A stretch of 64,000 nt of DNA from Candidatus Zhuqueibacterota bacterium (GCA_034506315.1 JAPDPT010000003.1:10878-74877), one strand, 5' to 3'. Shown: positions 46,357 to 56,930, counted from the first letter of the stretch. Notes: a model not told the origin generated them from the letters alone. Made by a program: numbers and translations.

Positions 46357-47202
46357 ATGAATGGTCGCGGTGCAAGGGTAAGGGTCGGCTTGACCATCGA
46401 GCGTTACCGGGAAATCGAGCCGGCGATTATCCTCGGCTTGGTTCGGCTACTGGGACTGGAGTCTGTGGAGATCACTCGGTCGGTCTTTGGGGATCTCGAT
46501 CGCGTGGTGGCGAAGCTTGGCCGGCTGAACTGCGGGTTTCATTTGCCGATCGTCTGCGAGGACGGATGGGACTTTTCCACGAAATCGGCGAGCGAGGAGA
46601 TCGAACGCCTGGTAAGGCTAATCAATGCTCATCGGGAAGTCTTGCACCTGCGCTACGCAATAGCGCATCCTCCGGAGCCGGGGAACGGCGGCAAAATCGA
46701 TCCCGAGGCTGCGGACTTCCTTTTCGAGAACCTGCGAAAGCTGGAGTTGCCGATTTACATCGAGAACATACCGAGTCTGCCTCTGGAAGGCTATCGAGAG
46801 TTTTATAGGCAGGCCGAGAGCATTCTGGGCCGGCAGGTAGCGGGAATGTGCTACGATGGCCCCCATTATCTTCTGGCCGGCGTGGATCCGGTAGCGGTAC
46901 TGGATTCCCTGGATGGCCACGTGGGCTGTGTGCACCTGTCGGACTGTCGGGGAAGCGAGGATGACCACTTCCCGTTCGGAAAGGGCGGGGCAATGCCGAT
47001 CGAAGCGATCATTCGCAGGCTGCGGAGGAGTGACTTCCGGGGTGTGATCAACCTGGAAATCCGGCCCAGCGACTTTCGCGACATCTTCCCCACAATCCAA
47101 AGCTACCTCACGGTCTTGCGGGCCTTTCGTCCCGGAAAATACTTGGCTGCCCGGGTACGGGTGGCGCTCTTGTACCCGCTCCTGCGCCATGTCCTGGCCT
47201 GA
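46357..47202 (+). CDS. sugar phosphate isomerase/epimerase (xylose isomerase-like TIM barrel, AP-endonuclease family 2 fold)
   Basis: Family signatures GLESVEITRSVFG, GFHLPI and PIYIENIP. Start uncertain (46300 or 46357). Confidence 0.6.
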   Translation: MNGRGARVRVGLTIERYREIEPAIILGLVRLLGLESVEITRSVFGDLDRVVAKLGRLNCGFHLPIVCEDGWDFSTKSASEEIERLVRLINAHREVLHLRYAIAHPPEPGNGGKIDPEAADFLFENLRKLELPIYIENIPSLPLEGYREFYRQAESILGRQVAGMCYDGPHYLLAGVDPVAVLDSLDGHVGCVHLSDCRGSEDDHFPFGKGGAMPIEAIIRRLRRSDFRGVINLEIRPSDFRDIFPTIQSYLTVLRAFRPGKYLAARVRVALLYPLLRHVLA

Positions 47203-47443
47203 GACGGCGGAGAGGTTGGTGTGGGGGTGCCTGCAATGGGGTTACGCCTCCGGCCGGAGCACAAGGGTATGGGGTCAACGGGGTAACCTGAGCCGGGTGG
47301 AACTCCAGTTCTTAAGGCAGAGCCTATTTCGTGCCGAAATTAGAGTTGACTGTTGCGAATAAGCACGGGACCCTGTATCTTTTTGCGACAGTTCGCCGCC
47401 TCCGATCGGTGGGGCAAGAAGGGGCAAGGTAAGGGGCGCGCAC

Positions 47444-48820
47444 ATGAGCGGTCCGATGTACACCGTTCTTGTCGTGGACGACGACAAGAACATCTGCAAG
47501 ATGATCGAGATCAACCTCCAGCGCGAGAAGTGCTACGAGGTTCTCACGGCCCTCAATGGCGAATCCTGCCTGAGACAGATACGGGAAAACCAGGTCGACC
47601 TTGTGCTCTTGGACATCCAGATGCCGGGCATTGACGGCATCGAGACCCTGCGCCGGATCAAAGAGGAAGATCCGACGATCCAGGTGGTGATGATGTCCGC
47701 GCACGGGACGATCGAGCGCGCCGTCCAATCGATGAAGTTGGGGGCCTACGATTTCCTCACCAAGCCCTTCAGCTCCGACAGGCTTCTGGTCACGGTCAAA
47801 AATGCGCTCTTAGCCCGAAGCTTGAAGCGGGAAGTCGAGGAGCTGCGCTCGGAGCTCCGAGGCCGCTACCAGTTCGACAACATCATCGGCCAGAGCGGCG
47901 CAATGCAGGAGGTGAAGAAGGCGATTGCCCGCGTTCTGGATAGCAACGTCACCGTGCTGATCACCGGGGAAAGCGGCACTGGGAAGGAACTCGTAGCTCG
48001 CGCGATCCACTTCAACGGCCGGCGCAAGAACAAGCCGTTTGTGGCAGTAAACTGTTCGGCCTTGCCGGAGTCCCTGCTCGAGAGCGAGCTTTTCGGACAC
48101 GAAAAGGGCGCGTTCACGGGGGCCACCCAGCGACGGATTGGGAAGTTCGAGCAGGCCAACGGGGGGACGATCTTCCTGGACGAGATCGGTCTGATGAGCC
48201 CATCGACCCAGGCGAAGATCCTCCGCGTCCTTCAAGAGCGGGAGTTCGAGCGCGTTGGGGGGAACGAGCTGGTCCGCGTGGATGTCCGCATCATCTCCGC
48301 TACCAACCGCAATCTTGAAGAGGCGATGAAGAAGGGAGAGTTTCGGGAGGACTTGTACTATCGTATCTCGGTCTTTCCGATCCACCTTCCGCCTTTGCGG
48401 GAGCGCAAGGAAGACATTCCGCTCTTGGCAGCCCATTTCCTCAAGAAGTACTCGGAGCAGGAAGGCAAGCAGGTGGACAGCATCAGTCCGGAGGCCCTGG
48501 AGCTGATGATGGCCTACAACTGGCCCGGCAATGTCCGGGAGCTGGAAAATGCCATCGAGCGGGCCGTGGTATTGGCCACAACCAACGAGATTACTCCGAA
48601 GGAACTGCCCGCTCCCGTTCGCGCGCTGGGTGAAAAGCGCATCTACGAGGCGGACCAGACGCTGTCCAGCTGGATCGAGAAGCTGGAAGAGCAGGCCTTG
48701 CGACAGGCCCTGCTCGAGTGCGAGGGGAATATCTCGGAGACGGCCCGCCGCCTGGGAATCGGCCGGGCCACTATCTACCGCAAGGCGAAGAAATACGGCC
48801 TTCCTATCGGCAAGCAATAG
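47444..48820 (+). CDS. sigma-54-dependent Fis-family response regulator (NtrC-like)
   Basis: REC (VLVVDDDKNICK...LVLLDIQMPGIDG); GESGTGKELVARAIH; ESELFGHEKGAFTGA; C-terminal Fis HTH (TARRLGIGRATIYRK). Confidence 0.9.
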   Translation: MSGPMYTVLVVDDDKNICKMIEINLQREKCYEVLTALNGESCLRQIRENQVDLVLLDIQMPGIDGIETLRRIKEEDPTIQVVMMSAHGTIERAVQSMKLGAYDFLTKPFSSDRLLVTVKNALLARSLKREVEELRSELRGRYQFDNIIGQSGAMQEVKKAIARVLDSNVTVLITGESGTGKELVARAIHFNGRRKNKPFVAVNCSALPESLLESELFGHEKGAFTGATQRRIGKFEQANGGTIFLDEIGLMSPSTQAKILRVLQEREFERVGGNELVRVDVRIISATNRNLEEAMKKGEFREDLYYRISVFPIHLPPLRERKEDIPLLAAHFLKKYSEQEGKQVDSISPEALELMMAYNWPGNVRELENAIERAVVLATTNEITPKELPAPVRALGEKRIYEADQTLSSWIEKLEEQALRQALLECEGNISETARRLGIGRATIYRKAKKYGLPIGKQ

Positions 48821-48988
48821 GTCGGTGATCCTTCGGGGGCGAGGCAGGCTCATATGAGCAAAGTCAGCCAGGAGGGAGGGGTACTTCCTTTCGCCGGCGC
48901 GGACCAGAGACCAGGTGCGGGCGAATAGAATAGGGGCATCCCAAGGGGCCGTTATTCGAGGCGGCCGCCTCGCCCTCCCCGGGGGGCG

Positions 48989-49005
48989 ATGGAATGCTTC
49001 TTGCA
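48989..49005 (+). promoter_or_regulatory. sigma-54 (-24/-12) promoter
   Basis: TGGaatgcttcTTGCA has GG and GC at the exact consensus spacing (TGGCAC-N5-TTGCA pattern, 11/16 conserved positions including both invariant dinucleotides). It sits about 113 nt upstream of the GTG start at 49118, directly downstream of the sigma-54 activator gene. Confidence 0.45.
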
Positions 49006-49117
49006 CAGACGTACTAACCTCAGAGGGGTCCGGGAGAAGGGCGTCGGCCGAGCACGATCAGCAAGCGCATTCCCCCCAAAGAGGTCGGCGCGGCGGGACT
49101 GCGGAGGGATCATTGCG

Positions 49118-50230
49118 GTGATTCGCGGAGAGGAGATCTATCAGCTCCTCCGGAAAGTGGTCACCGGGACCTACACGGAGCGGGATCTGGTCCAGGCTGT
49201 CGACCTGTTCCAGAAGATCTCCCTCAGTTACCTGCGCTATCTGCAGGTGTACGGGCGGCGCGTCGGGGGCGACGAGCCCAACCTGGTGACCGAGCTCGAG
49301 AACGTGGCTCTGGACTGCATTGCGCCCCTTTTCCGCCGGGACCGCCAGGGCCGCTTCGTGATCCTGCGCGCCTACTTCGGGGAGGAGCTGAAGGGGTATG
49401 ATCCCGAACGCCCCCTTGAGATCCTGGCCGACTTGCGCCGGCTGGTCGTCAAGAAGACCAAGCAAGAGCTGGCCCGGATCTTCCGGGAACGCGATCCGGA
49501 GGGAGCAAGACTGCTCCGGAATATCCGGGTCGCCGTGAGATCGTCCGACGACCTCCACCTGTTTCGCGAAGGCGGGAGGGACTGGCTCTGCTGGCGAAGG
49601 TGCGCGGTGGCCGAGCTGGAGCGAGAACTTGCGGCCATCACCCAGGCGGAGGACGTGGGGGAAACGTCGGAAAGCGAGGGCCTGCGCAGGGGCCTGCCAG
49701 TGGTGCCAGAAGCGGAGCTCCGCACGCGATTTCTTGCCGTCCACCAGGCCAATGATCCCGTGCCTGTCTCTCTCCGCAAGATGCTGCAAATCGTCCAGGA
49801 ACTCCCTCAGTACCAGAATTGCATCCCCGTGGAGATGGCGGCTAAAGTCATCCGCGAGATCCACGCCCGCCTGCTTCACCACCACATTCAGCTGGGAGCC
49901 CAGCCGCGGACACCGTTCGAGCACGTGCAGAATCGGGAGATCGAGCAGGTGGTGGCCGAGATCGAGGCCCTGCTTTGGGAAAAGCTGAAGCGCTACGTCT
50001 GGCGACGCAAACTTTCTCCCCCGACCGCCGAGGCCTACCGCTACGCCCTGAAGGATGTCCTCCACGACGAACTCGATCGCTTTCAGCGTGTCAGCTACTT
50101 CCACCAGCTGAAACACTACCTGCCTGGGCTGGAGTACGCCGAGTATCGGGAGCGGCACCGAAGCGTGTTCGAGTATCTGGCGAAGGTCGGACGACGCGAG
50201 CTTGCCCGACGCCTCCGGACCCTCATTTGA
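49118..50230 (+). CDS. hypothetical protein (about 370 aa), likely sigma-54-dependent
   Basis: Start set at GTG with a GGAGGG RBS 9 nt upstream. The preceding 43 codons of the longest ORF overlap the sigma-54 promoter and look non-coding. No recognised domain; the sequence is helical with a charged C-terminal half. Confidence 0.4.
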   Translation: MIRGEEIYQLLRKVVTGTYTERDLVQAVDLFQKISLSYLRYLQVYGRRVGGDEPNLVTELENVALDCIAPLFRRDRQGRFVILRAYFGEELKGYDPERPLEILADLRRLVVKKTKQELARIFRERDPEGARLLRNIRVAVRSSDDLHLFREGGRDWLCWRRCAVAELERELAAITQAEDVGETSESEGLRRGLPVVPEAELRTRFLAVHQANDPVPVSLRKMLQIVQELPQYQNCIPVEMAAKVIREIHARLLHHHIQLGAQPRTPFEHVQNREIEQVVAEIEALLWEKLKRYVWRRKLSPPTAEAYRYALKDVLHDELDRFQRVSYFHQLKHYLPGLEYAEYRERHRSVFEYLAKVGRRELARRLRTLI

Positions 50231-50391
50231 GTCGGCCCCCAAAACCGCGGTTTCCCTCCTCTACCGAAGTCTGCGGGCACGATCGCCGTCGCACACCGTC
50301 AGGCGGACCTTTTACGAGGTGGCGCGTCGTTGTAGGTAAATAACCAGAGGGCGATTGGACGACGCGCGGCGGTCTGGCCAGGCGGTGTGCG

Positions 50392-51024
50392 ATGCCTCTG
50401 GTGTGCCAAAACCATTGTCCCGATCGGCGCGAGATCGAGTCGTTCCTCTTGCGCTTGCTGGACGGGGCCGGTGGAGATGGACCGGTTTGGCCGCATCTTC
50501 TGGCTTGTGCGCGCTGCAGCCAGCACCTGGCGCGCCTGGTTCTTTTCTACCGCTTCTTGCTGGAGGACCTCCGACAGCCCGTGCGCGAATCCGCATTGCA
50601 GGCCGCCATGCGCCTTCTTGGGCGACCCTTTTTGTTTCAGCGTCTCTGCTTCCACCGGGACTCGGGCACAGGCCCTAACGGGCGACAGCTTTTCCTGCGG
50701 AGGCCGTCGGAGAAGATGGGCGCAGCCGCGTGCGAAGAACCGTGTGCCGAACATGATCTTGTTCTGAGTTTGGTGACCTTGCCCGACGGTTCGGGCTACC
50801 TCACCTGCTGCTTTGGGGACGGTACCTGGAGGCCTGCTGCATTGCACGTGCCGGGCACTGACCTCCAGCTGGAACTCACAGGGAAGGGCCTGCTGTGTGC
50901 TCCTCCGAGCCTGATCGGAGCGCTGCCCATGGTCCGGGCGGTGCTCCTCGAGCCGCGGTCACCGGATGCAGGGCGTCTCCGTGACAAAGGGGGGAAAGCG
51001 GGAAGGCACCAGGGGCCGGTTTAG
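50392..51024 (+). CDS. zf-HC2 (anti-sigma-factor-type zinc finger) domain protein
   Basis: The N-terminus HCPDRREIESFL...HLLACARC fits the H-x3-C-x2-C zf-HC2 signature of anti-sigma factors; the rest is uncharacterised. Confidence 0.4.
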   Translation: MPLVCQNHCPDRREIESFLLRLLDGAGGDGPVWPHLLACARCSQHLARLVLFYRFLLEDLRQPVRESALQAAMRLLGRPFLFQRLCFHRDSGTGPNGRQLFLRRPSEKMGAAACEEPCAEHDLVLSLVTLPDGSGYLTCCFGDGTWRPAALHVPGTDLQLELTGKGLLCAPPSLIGALPMVRAVLLEPRSPDAGRLRDKGGKAGRHQGPV

Positions 51025-51258
51025 CTTCTTGACGAGGTCCCGATCCTCGAAATACGTCCTCCTGTAGCCCGCGTAAAGCCGCCGTTGGCTCTCGGCGGTC
51101 TCCTCAAGGACCCAGACCATACCGGGCATGGTTGGCGAGATTCGGTCTCGTGGAGGGACAGGCCGATCAGATAGAGGCGCGGCTTCCGTTTCCCATTGTG
51201 CGGGACGCGCTCAAGACGTATCTTCGTCGTGGGGATCGACGGCCATAGGAGGTGCGAG

Positions 51259-52302
51259 GTGCGTGGCGACACATTGGGCATCGCCATTTTGGGCGCGGGA
51301 AGCGTGGCGGAGAAACACGCCGAGGCACTCTCCTCCCTGCCCGGGTTTCATCTGAAGGCCGTGTGGAGGAGAAACCGCGAAAAAGGGCTCGCATTTGCCG
51401 AGCGCCACAACACGGAATTCATTGCCGAGCTGGATGAGATCCTTGCCCGTGAGGACATCCGCGTGGTGGATATTGCAGCGCCACCTGCTCTTCACCACCA
51501 GCTGGGCGAGAAGGCCGCTGCGGCCGGCAAGCACGTAATCGTGGAGAAGCCGATCGACGCGACCCTAGCCGGGGCGGATCGCCTGATTCAGGCTTGCGGA
51601 AAGGCCGGGGTTTGCCTTGCGGTGATCAGCCAGTACCGGTTTACAGACGGGGCCCAGTTCGTTCACCGGGCCATCCGCGAGGGTGCTCTCGGCGAAGTCT
51701 TCCAGGCGGATGCCTACGTCAAGTGGTACCGGCCCCAGTCGTATTACGACCAGGATGCCTGGCGCGGGACGCCCGATCTCGAAGGGGGCGGTGTCCTGAT
51801 CAATCAGGCGATCCACTTTATCGATCTTTTGCTCTGGTGGCTTGGGCCCGTTCGCCGCCTGGTGGGAAGGACACAGACCGTTTGCCACCAGATCCCGGTT
51901 GAAGATCACGCCGTGGCGATGCTCGAATTCGCCGGCGGCGCGTGGGGCGTGCTGGAGGCTTCCACCGCCACCTGGCCAGGATTTCCGGCGCGCCTGGAAT
52001 TGCACGGGACGAAGGGAAGTGCCCGCTTCGAAGGCGACGGGCTGGTGCTCTGGGAAGTGCGGGATTACCCCTGCCGTCCCCCGCTCGTGGAGGCCCGCTC
52101 CTCGGGCGCTCGAGAAGCGATGGCGATCGACGTGGAGCCCTTCCGCCGCCAGTTCCAGGACATCTACGAGGCGATTACAGAGCAGAGAAGGCCGCTGGTG
52201 GATGGGCATGAGGCGCGAAGGGCCCTGGAAGTCGTCCTGGCCATCTACCGCTCTTCGGCTCGCGGAGAAGCGGTGGTATTACCCCTTGCGACCGATCGGT
52301 AG
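51259..52302 (+). CDS. Gfo/Idh/MocA-family NAD(P)-dependent oxidoreductase
   Basis: Rossmann motif IAILGAGSVAEKH with a GTG start after AGGAGG, plus EKP and the C-terminal alpha/beta domain. Confidence 0.8.
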   Translation: MRGDTLGIAILGAGSVAEKHAEALSSLPGFHLKAVWRRNREKGLAFAERHNTEFIAELDEILAREDIRVVDIAAPPALHHQLGEKAAAAGKHVIVEKPIDATLAGADRLIQACGKAGVCLAVISQYRFTDGAQFVHRAIREGALGEVFQADAYVKWYRPQSYYDQDAWRGTPDLEGGGVLINQAIHFIDLLLWWLGPVRRLVGRTQTVCHQIPVEDHAVAMLEFAGGAWGVLEASTATWPGFPARLELHGTKGSARFEGDGLVLWEVRDYPCRPPLVEARSSGAREAMAIDVEPFRRQFQDIYEAITEQRRPLVDGHEARRALEVVLAIYRSSARGEAVVLPLATDR

Positions 52303-52311
52303 GGCCTAACG

Positions 52312-53367
52312 TCAGCTCTTGTTCTGCAGGACCCGCGGGATATTCTCTTCGAACGGGGGGAAAATCACGCCGCGCTCCGTCACGATCGCGCGGATGAGGT
52401 GCGCGGGGGTGATGTCGAACGCCGGATTGTAGACCTCCACGTCGGTAGGAGCCACCTGAATGCCAAACGGGTGGGTTACCTCGCGCCCGTCTCGCTCCTC
52501 GATGGGGATCTCCTGGCCGCTGGCAAGCCGCAGGTCAAATGTGGAGCTGGGGGCAACCACGTAAAACGGGACCCCGTGCTCCTTCGCCAGCAGGGCGAGG
52601 TTGTAGGTCCCGATCTTGTTGGCCACGTCGCCATTGCGGGCGATCCGATCGGCCCCCACCAGGACGGCGTCTACCCGCCGGCGAGCCATCACGAAAGCCG
52701 CGGTGTTGTCGCAGATGAGGGTCACGTTAAGCCCGGCCCTGCGGAGTTCCCAGGCGGTGAGTCGGGCCCCTTGCAGCAGGGGGCGCGTTTCATCCACAAA
52801 GACGTGCAGCTTTTTCCCTGCCTTCGCTGCTGCGTAGATTACCCCCACCGCTGTGCCCAGCTCGATGGTCGCCAGAGCTCCCGCGTTGCAGTGGGTGATG
52901 ACGGTGCAGACCTCGGGTAGAAGATCAGCTCCCCAGCGGGCCATCTGCTGACACGCGGCCCTTTCCTCTTCGAGGATACGGTGCGCTTCTTCTGTTAGGG
53001 CACGAAGCAGGGCGTCTCTGCCCTGAGAGGCCACTTGGCTCGCCACAGCGCGCATCCTCTCCAGAGCCCAGAAGAGATTGCGCGCCGTAGGCCTGGTGGC
53101 GGCCAGCTTCTCGAGGGTGTCCTCTACGGCCTTGAGCAGTTGCTGTGGACTTTGAGCGGCAGACCTGAGGAGGCCGATCGCCACGCCGTAGGCAGCCGCG
53201 ATGCCGATGGCCGGGGCCCCCCGCACCCTCAGGGTTCGGATGGCCTCCGCCACGGCGTCGACACTTCGCAACTCCCGATAGACGACAGCGCTGGGTAGAC
53301 GCGTTTGATCCAGGATGAGCAGAGCGTCGCCGAGCCAGTACAGGGGACGGACAGGCCGAACGTCCAT
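52312..53367 (-). CDS. mtnA: S-methyl-5-thioribose-1-phosphate isomerase (eIF-2B alpha/beta/delta-like family)
   Basis: MDVRPVRPLYWLGDALLILDQTRLP...GAPAIGIAAAYG...TRPLLQGARLTAWEL. Start set at the internal ATG; 352 aa. Confidence 0.8.
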   Translation of the reverse strand: MDVRPVRPLYWLGDALLILDQTRLPSAVVYRELRSVDAVAEAIRTLRVRGAPAIGIAAAYGVAIGLLRSAAQSPQQLLKAVEDTLEKLAATRPTARNLFWALERMRAVASQVASQGRDALLRALTEEAHRILEEERAACQQMARWGADLLPEVCTVITHCNAGALATIELGTAVGVIYAAAKAGKKLHVFVDETRPLLQGARLTAWELRRAGLNVTLICDNTAAFVMARRRVDAVLVGADRIARNGDVANKIGTYNLALLAKEHGVPFYVVAPSSTFDLRLASGQEIPIEERDGREVTHPFGIQVAPTDVEVYNPAFDITPAHLIRAIVTERGVIFPPFEENIPRVLQNKS

Positions 53368-53368
53368 C

Positions 53369-54661
53369 TCAGGAGCGCTCCTCGAGAAATTCCGCCACGA
53401 TCTCGATAATCTTCTCCGAAGCCCCCGTGTGGGTCTGCACCACGCGCAGGGCCGCAGCGGATGCCTCCTGGCGTACCTTTTCGTCGCTGAGCAGCCGGAG
53501 GAAAGCTTCCTCCGCTTCCTGGGTATGGCGGACGACGAAGGCGGCTCCCCTTTCGACCAGGAGGCAAGCGTCGGGAGAATTCTGGTATCGCGGTCCCACG
53601 ACCACTGGCAAGGCATGTGCCGCTGGTTCCAGCACCGAGTGGACGCCGGGTCCAAAGCTGCCCCCAACGTAGGCAATGTGACCCAGCGCGTAGAGATTGG
53701 CCAAAAGCCCCACGCTATCGACAACCAGCGCGTCCCAGTTTTCCGAAGGCGCTTGCCGCCACTCGGAAAGGGTTTGGCAGACGAATTTCTGGTCCCGGAA
53801 GTAGGCCCGAATCTCTCCCACCCGGTTCGCCGAAGGCTCGTGGGGGCAAACGATGGCTCGTGCCCCCAAGCGTCGCATGCAGGCTACAAGAGCCGGAAGG
53901 ATCACGTTTTCGTCGGAGGGCCAGGTGCTCCCCAAGACCACCGTCCGGCGATTGTCGGCTGGGAGTCGAGCCAGTAGGTCGCGAATCCGATCGAGCTCCT
54001 GCGCTCTGCGCACCACCTGGTCGTACCGCGTGTCGCCGCAGGTACGGGTCGGAGTATTGGGGACCAGTTCGCGGATCCTCCGTTCCTGGTCCTCGGAGAC
54101 GGCGCAGATGAGGGTGAAGGGCTGGAAAAGGAAACGGTCGAAGGCACGTTGCCACGAGCGTCCCGGGCGGCTCAATGGGCGGAGAGAGGCATCGACCAAC
54201 AATACCGGTATGCCTTGCTTGCGCAGGGCTGCTACGTGATTCGGCCAGATGTCGTGGCGGATGACGATGCCCACGCTCGGCCGCAAAAGGCTGATGAAGC
54301 GATATGCGTTGCGGGGACAGTCAAAGGGCAAATAGGAGATGAAGTCCACTCCCTTCGGGCTGCCGGCGTGCTCGTAGCCCGATGGGGAAAAGAACGTGAC
54401 GACTACGTTGAGGTGGGGCCAGCGCTCCTTAGCCAGGGCCGCAATCGGTTTCGCCTGTTCGAATTCGCCGAGCGAGGAGACGTGGATCCACAGCCTTGGC
54501 TCCCCTTTGTGATGGGCCACGTACTCCTCCAGTCTGGAGAAAAGGCCCTTGCGGCCTGCGATCCCGCGCCGGACCTTCCCGTTCGCCAAGGCCAGGAGGT
54601 GAAGGCCCACGTAGAGCAAAGGGACGACCACAACGTTGTACACCGCCATCCATTTGCTCAT
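53369..54661 (-). CDS. waaA: 3-deoxy-D-manno-octulosonic acid (Kdo) transferase
   Basis: N-terminal membrane anchor, then WIHVSSLGEFEQAKPI and the C-terminal GT-B domain. Its stop is adjacent to the mtnA start. Confidence 0.75.
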   Translation of the reverse strand: MSKWMAVYNVVVVPLLYVGLHLLALANGKVRRGIAGRKGLFSRLEEYVAHHKGEPRLWIHVSSLGEFEQAKPIAALAKERWPHLNVVVTFFSPSGYEHAGSPKGVDFISYLPFDCPRNAYRFISLLRPSVGIVIRHDIWPNHVAALRKQGIPVLLVDASLRPLSRPGRSWQRAFDRFLFQPFTLICAVSEDQERRIRELVPNTPTRTCGDTRYDQVVRRAQELDRIRDLLARLPADNRRTVVLGSTWPSDENVILPALVACMRRLGARAIVCPHEPSANRVGEIRAYFRDQKFVCQTLSEWRQAPSENWDALVVDSVGLLANLYALGHIAYVGGSFGPGVHSVLEPAAHALPVVVGPRYQNSPDACLLVERGAAFVVRHTQEAEEAFLRLLSDEKVRQEASAAALRVVQTHTGASEKIIEIVAEFLEERS

Positions 54662-54780
54662 CCCGGTCGCCCGCTGGAATTGTTCTTCGGGGAAAGGTCG
54701 TCCCCCTTCTCCCCCTCGCTTCTCACACCGCGTTCCGGTCAAAGAACACTTACCGCAGTTGTGGTCGAAACCGACACGGG

Positions 54781-55293
54781 CTAATCGCGATAGGGTTTGA
54801 GCTTAGCGTAATCTTTGCCGAGAATGACCGTTACGTCGAGAGCTCGGGTCTCATTGAGCTCAGCCAGGACCTCGGAGCTCTCGACGCCGAGCGCTGAAGC
54901 GACCTTTTGCGCGTTGTGGAGATCCATGGAGCGGCGGTCGATGACCAGCGTTTTCCGCACATTGAAATCGTGGTAGTTGCCAAAATTGACCACGTCGAAG
55001 CCCTTGTTGCGCAGATAGTCGGTCACCTCTTTGGCCAAGCCTGGCTTCCCGCAGCCATTTAGCACCTCTACCTTGAGGCTGTCTTGGCTCTCCAGAGAGG
55101 CCCGAGGGGGATTCTTGGGCGAGACGATCCGAGAGATTAGGGAGGCCACCAGGACCAGGTTGACGGCGACCAAGACCCAGATGACAGCGGTGGACAAGGT
55201 GCTACCCAGATGCTTTCTCGCTCCCGAGCCCCGAGGTCGGGGGCGGAGGACCGAGCGTTTACCGCTCCCTTTCCGGCGAACCGGCGCCATCAC
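54781..55293 (-). CDS. LytR_C (cell-envelope-related transcriptional attenuator C-terminal) domain protein
   Basis: One TM helix followed by SLKVEVLNGCGKPGLAKEVTDYLRNKGFDVVNFGN. Confidence 0.5.
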   Translation of the reverse strand: MMAPVRRKGSGKRSVLRPRPRGSGARKHLGSTLSTAVIWVLVAVNLVLVASLISRIVSPKNPPRASLESQDSLKVEVLNGCGKPGLAKEVTDYLRNKGFDVVNFGNYHDFNVRKTLVIDRRSMDLHNAQKVASALGVESSEVLAELNETRALDVTVILGKDYAKLKPYRD

Positions 55294-55482
55294 TCCCTCC
55301 TCAGCTGCTTTGCGACTTGACCCGGGTCTTTCGGGCCATCAAGGTCGTTCCCGCTCCGAACCATCTCCGGCCACAAGAAAAGCGTGCGATCGCCTCGCAC
55401 GCTGCCCACTTTTACCGTAGGATGAGCACCCCTGCATCCTCTCGGATCGTCCCTCGCCCCCAGGAGGCATCGGCCCGAAGCC

Positions 55483-55977
55483 CTATGGCTCCTCCTCAAC
55501 CATCGGGTCCAGATAGGGATCCCGCGAGTATGGGGAGAGCCCCGGATACGGATAGGGCCGAGCTACATACTGGAAGTGAAGCGTGGTGTTCTTGAACGGT
55601 CGGTACAGGACGCGAGCCCCGGATACGAACAGGTTCCTCCCCCCAGGCACAGTCCCAGGGCTCCCGAAGGGCTGATGCAACATGCCCAGCTGCAGCTGAG
55701 CCACCAACCTGGGCGAGAACTGATAGGTCATCGTATTTAGGTAAAGCCCTTGTGTATAGGTCTGGCCCCCGAAGGATGCTACAGAGAGCGTGTAGCTGTG
55801 CTGCATATGGAACTTCATCGGGTCCAGGCCCAAGAACCCCATGATGGTCCCCGGGGACGGTGTATGAGCGAGCTGCTCCCGTACGCTGACAGCCTGGCCC
55901 TGGCTCTTGAGTTGCCCTGCCGCCTGCACGGCTGTGAGCAGCACCAGAAGCGGGACCGCAATTGCTCGCCTCATCAT
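55483..55977 (-). CDS. hypothetical secreted protein
   Basis: MMRRAIAVPLLVLLTAVQAAGQ signal peptide after a GGAGG RBS; Tyr/Pro-rich mature region; no recognised domain. Confidence 0.4.
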   Translation of the reverse strand: MMRRAIAVPLLVLLTAVQAAGQLKSQGQAVSVREQLAHTPSPGTIMGFLGLDPMKFHMQHSYTLSVASFGGQTYTQGLYLNTMTYQFSPRLVAQLQLGMLHQPFGSPGTVPGGRNLFVSGARVLYRPFKNTTLHFQYVARPYPYPGLSPYSRDPYLDPMVEEEP

Positions 55978-56063
55978 CTTCACCTCCCTGGCCAGACGTC
56001 TACGAACCTCTTTGAAATAAAGCGAATTCCGCACTGAAAATCAACCCGGATTTTCGCTCAGGC

Positions 56064-56930
56064 CTACCCCTGGGTCCCCGGTACATCGACTACCATGTTG
56101 TCAATCAGGCGTGCATTGCCGATCCACACCGCAAGGGCAATCATGACTCTGCCCGTCAGCTGGCTCACTTCCTCCAGGGTGTCCGGATCGACCATGGCAA
56201 TGTAGTCGATTCGGCTTGTCGGCACGGACCGCAGCACACCTTCCATTTCGTTGCGGATCCTGCGCGGATCGCGCTCCCCCAGGCTGATGAGTTCCTTGGC
56301 CCGACATAGCGAACGGTAGAGCACAAGGGCATCCTGTCTTTCCTGCGGGCTCAGGTAGGTGTTCCGTGAGCTCATGGCCAGCCCGTCGGGCTCGCGGACG
56401 ATCGGCGCTACCACAATCTCCACGTCGAAGTTGAGGTCGCGGACCATCTGCTGGATTACGCGCGCCTGTTGCGCGTCCTTCTGGCCGAAAACGGCAAGAT
56501 GTGGTTTCACAATGTGGAAAAGCTTGCAGACCACCGTCGTAACCCCCCGAAAATGGCCGGGACGGAAGGCCCCACACAGGGGCTCCGTGAGCTTCTCGAC
56601 CTCGACGTAGGTGTAGTACGGCGGGGGGTACATCTCCTCGGCGCTCGGATGGAACACGATGTCTGTCGCTTCCTTCTCCAAGAGCCGGAGGTCCCGTTCC
56701 AGGTCGCGCGGGTACCGGTTGTAATCCTCTTGTGGGCCGAACTGTGTTGGGTTGACGAAAATGCTCACGACCACTACATCGGAATGCTGCCGAGCGATCC
56801 GCACAAGGCTCAGGTGACCCTCGTGCAGGTAGCCCATGGTGGGGACGAACCCGATCCGCTTGCCAGCCAACCGCAGGCTCTCGGCCTCGGACTGCATTTC
56901 CCGCACGCTTTCGATCACACGAATGCCCAC
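56064..56930 (-). CDS. panC: pantoate--beta-alanine ligase
   Basis: [16 protein letters not shown] (HIGH-type) and FVNPTQFGP motifs. Confidence 0.9.
   Translation of the reverse strand: MGIRVIESVREMQSEAESLRLAGKRIGFVPTMGYLHEGHLSLVRIARQHSDVVVVSIFVNPTQFGPQEDYNRYPRDLERDLRLLEKEATDIVFHPSAEEMYPPPYYTYVEVEKLTEPLCGAFRPGHFRGVTTVVCKLFHIVKPHLAVFGQKDAQQARVIQQMVRDLNFDVEIVVAPIVREPDGLAMSSRNTYLSPQERQDALVLYRSLCRAKELISLGERDPRRIRNEMEGVLRSVPTSRIDYIAMVDPDTLEEVSQLTGRVMIALAVWIGNARLIDNMVVDVPGTQG

Noticed and set aside
48989-49117. N-terminal 43 codons of the longest ORF for the hypothetical protein (start 48989)
   Set aside because: That ATG is the TGG of a near-consensus sigma-54 -24 box. The encoded stretch is Arg/Gly-rich junk, and a GTG with a GGAGGG RBS at 49118 gives a sensible start.
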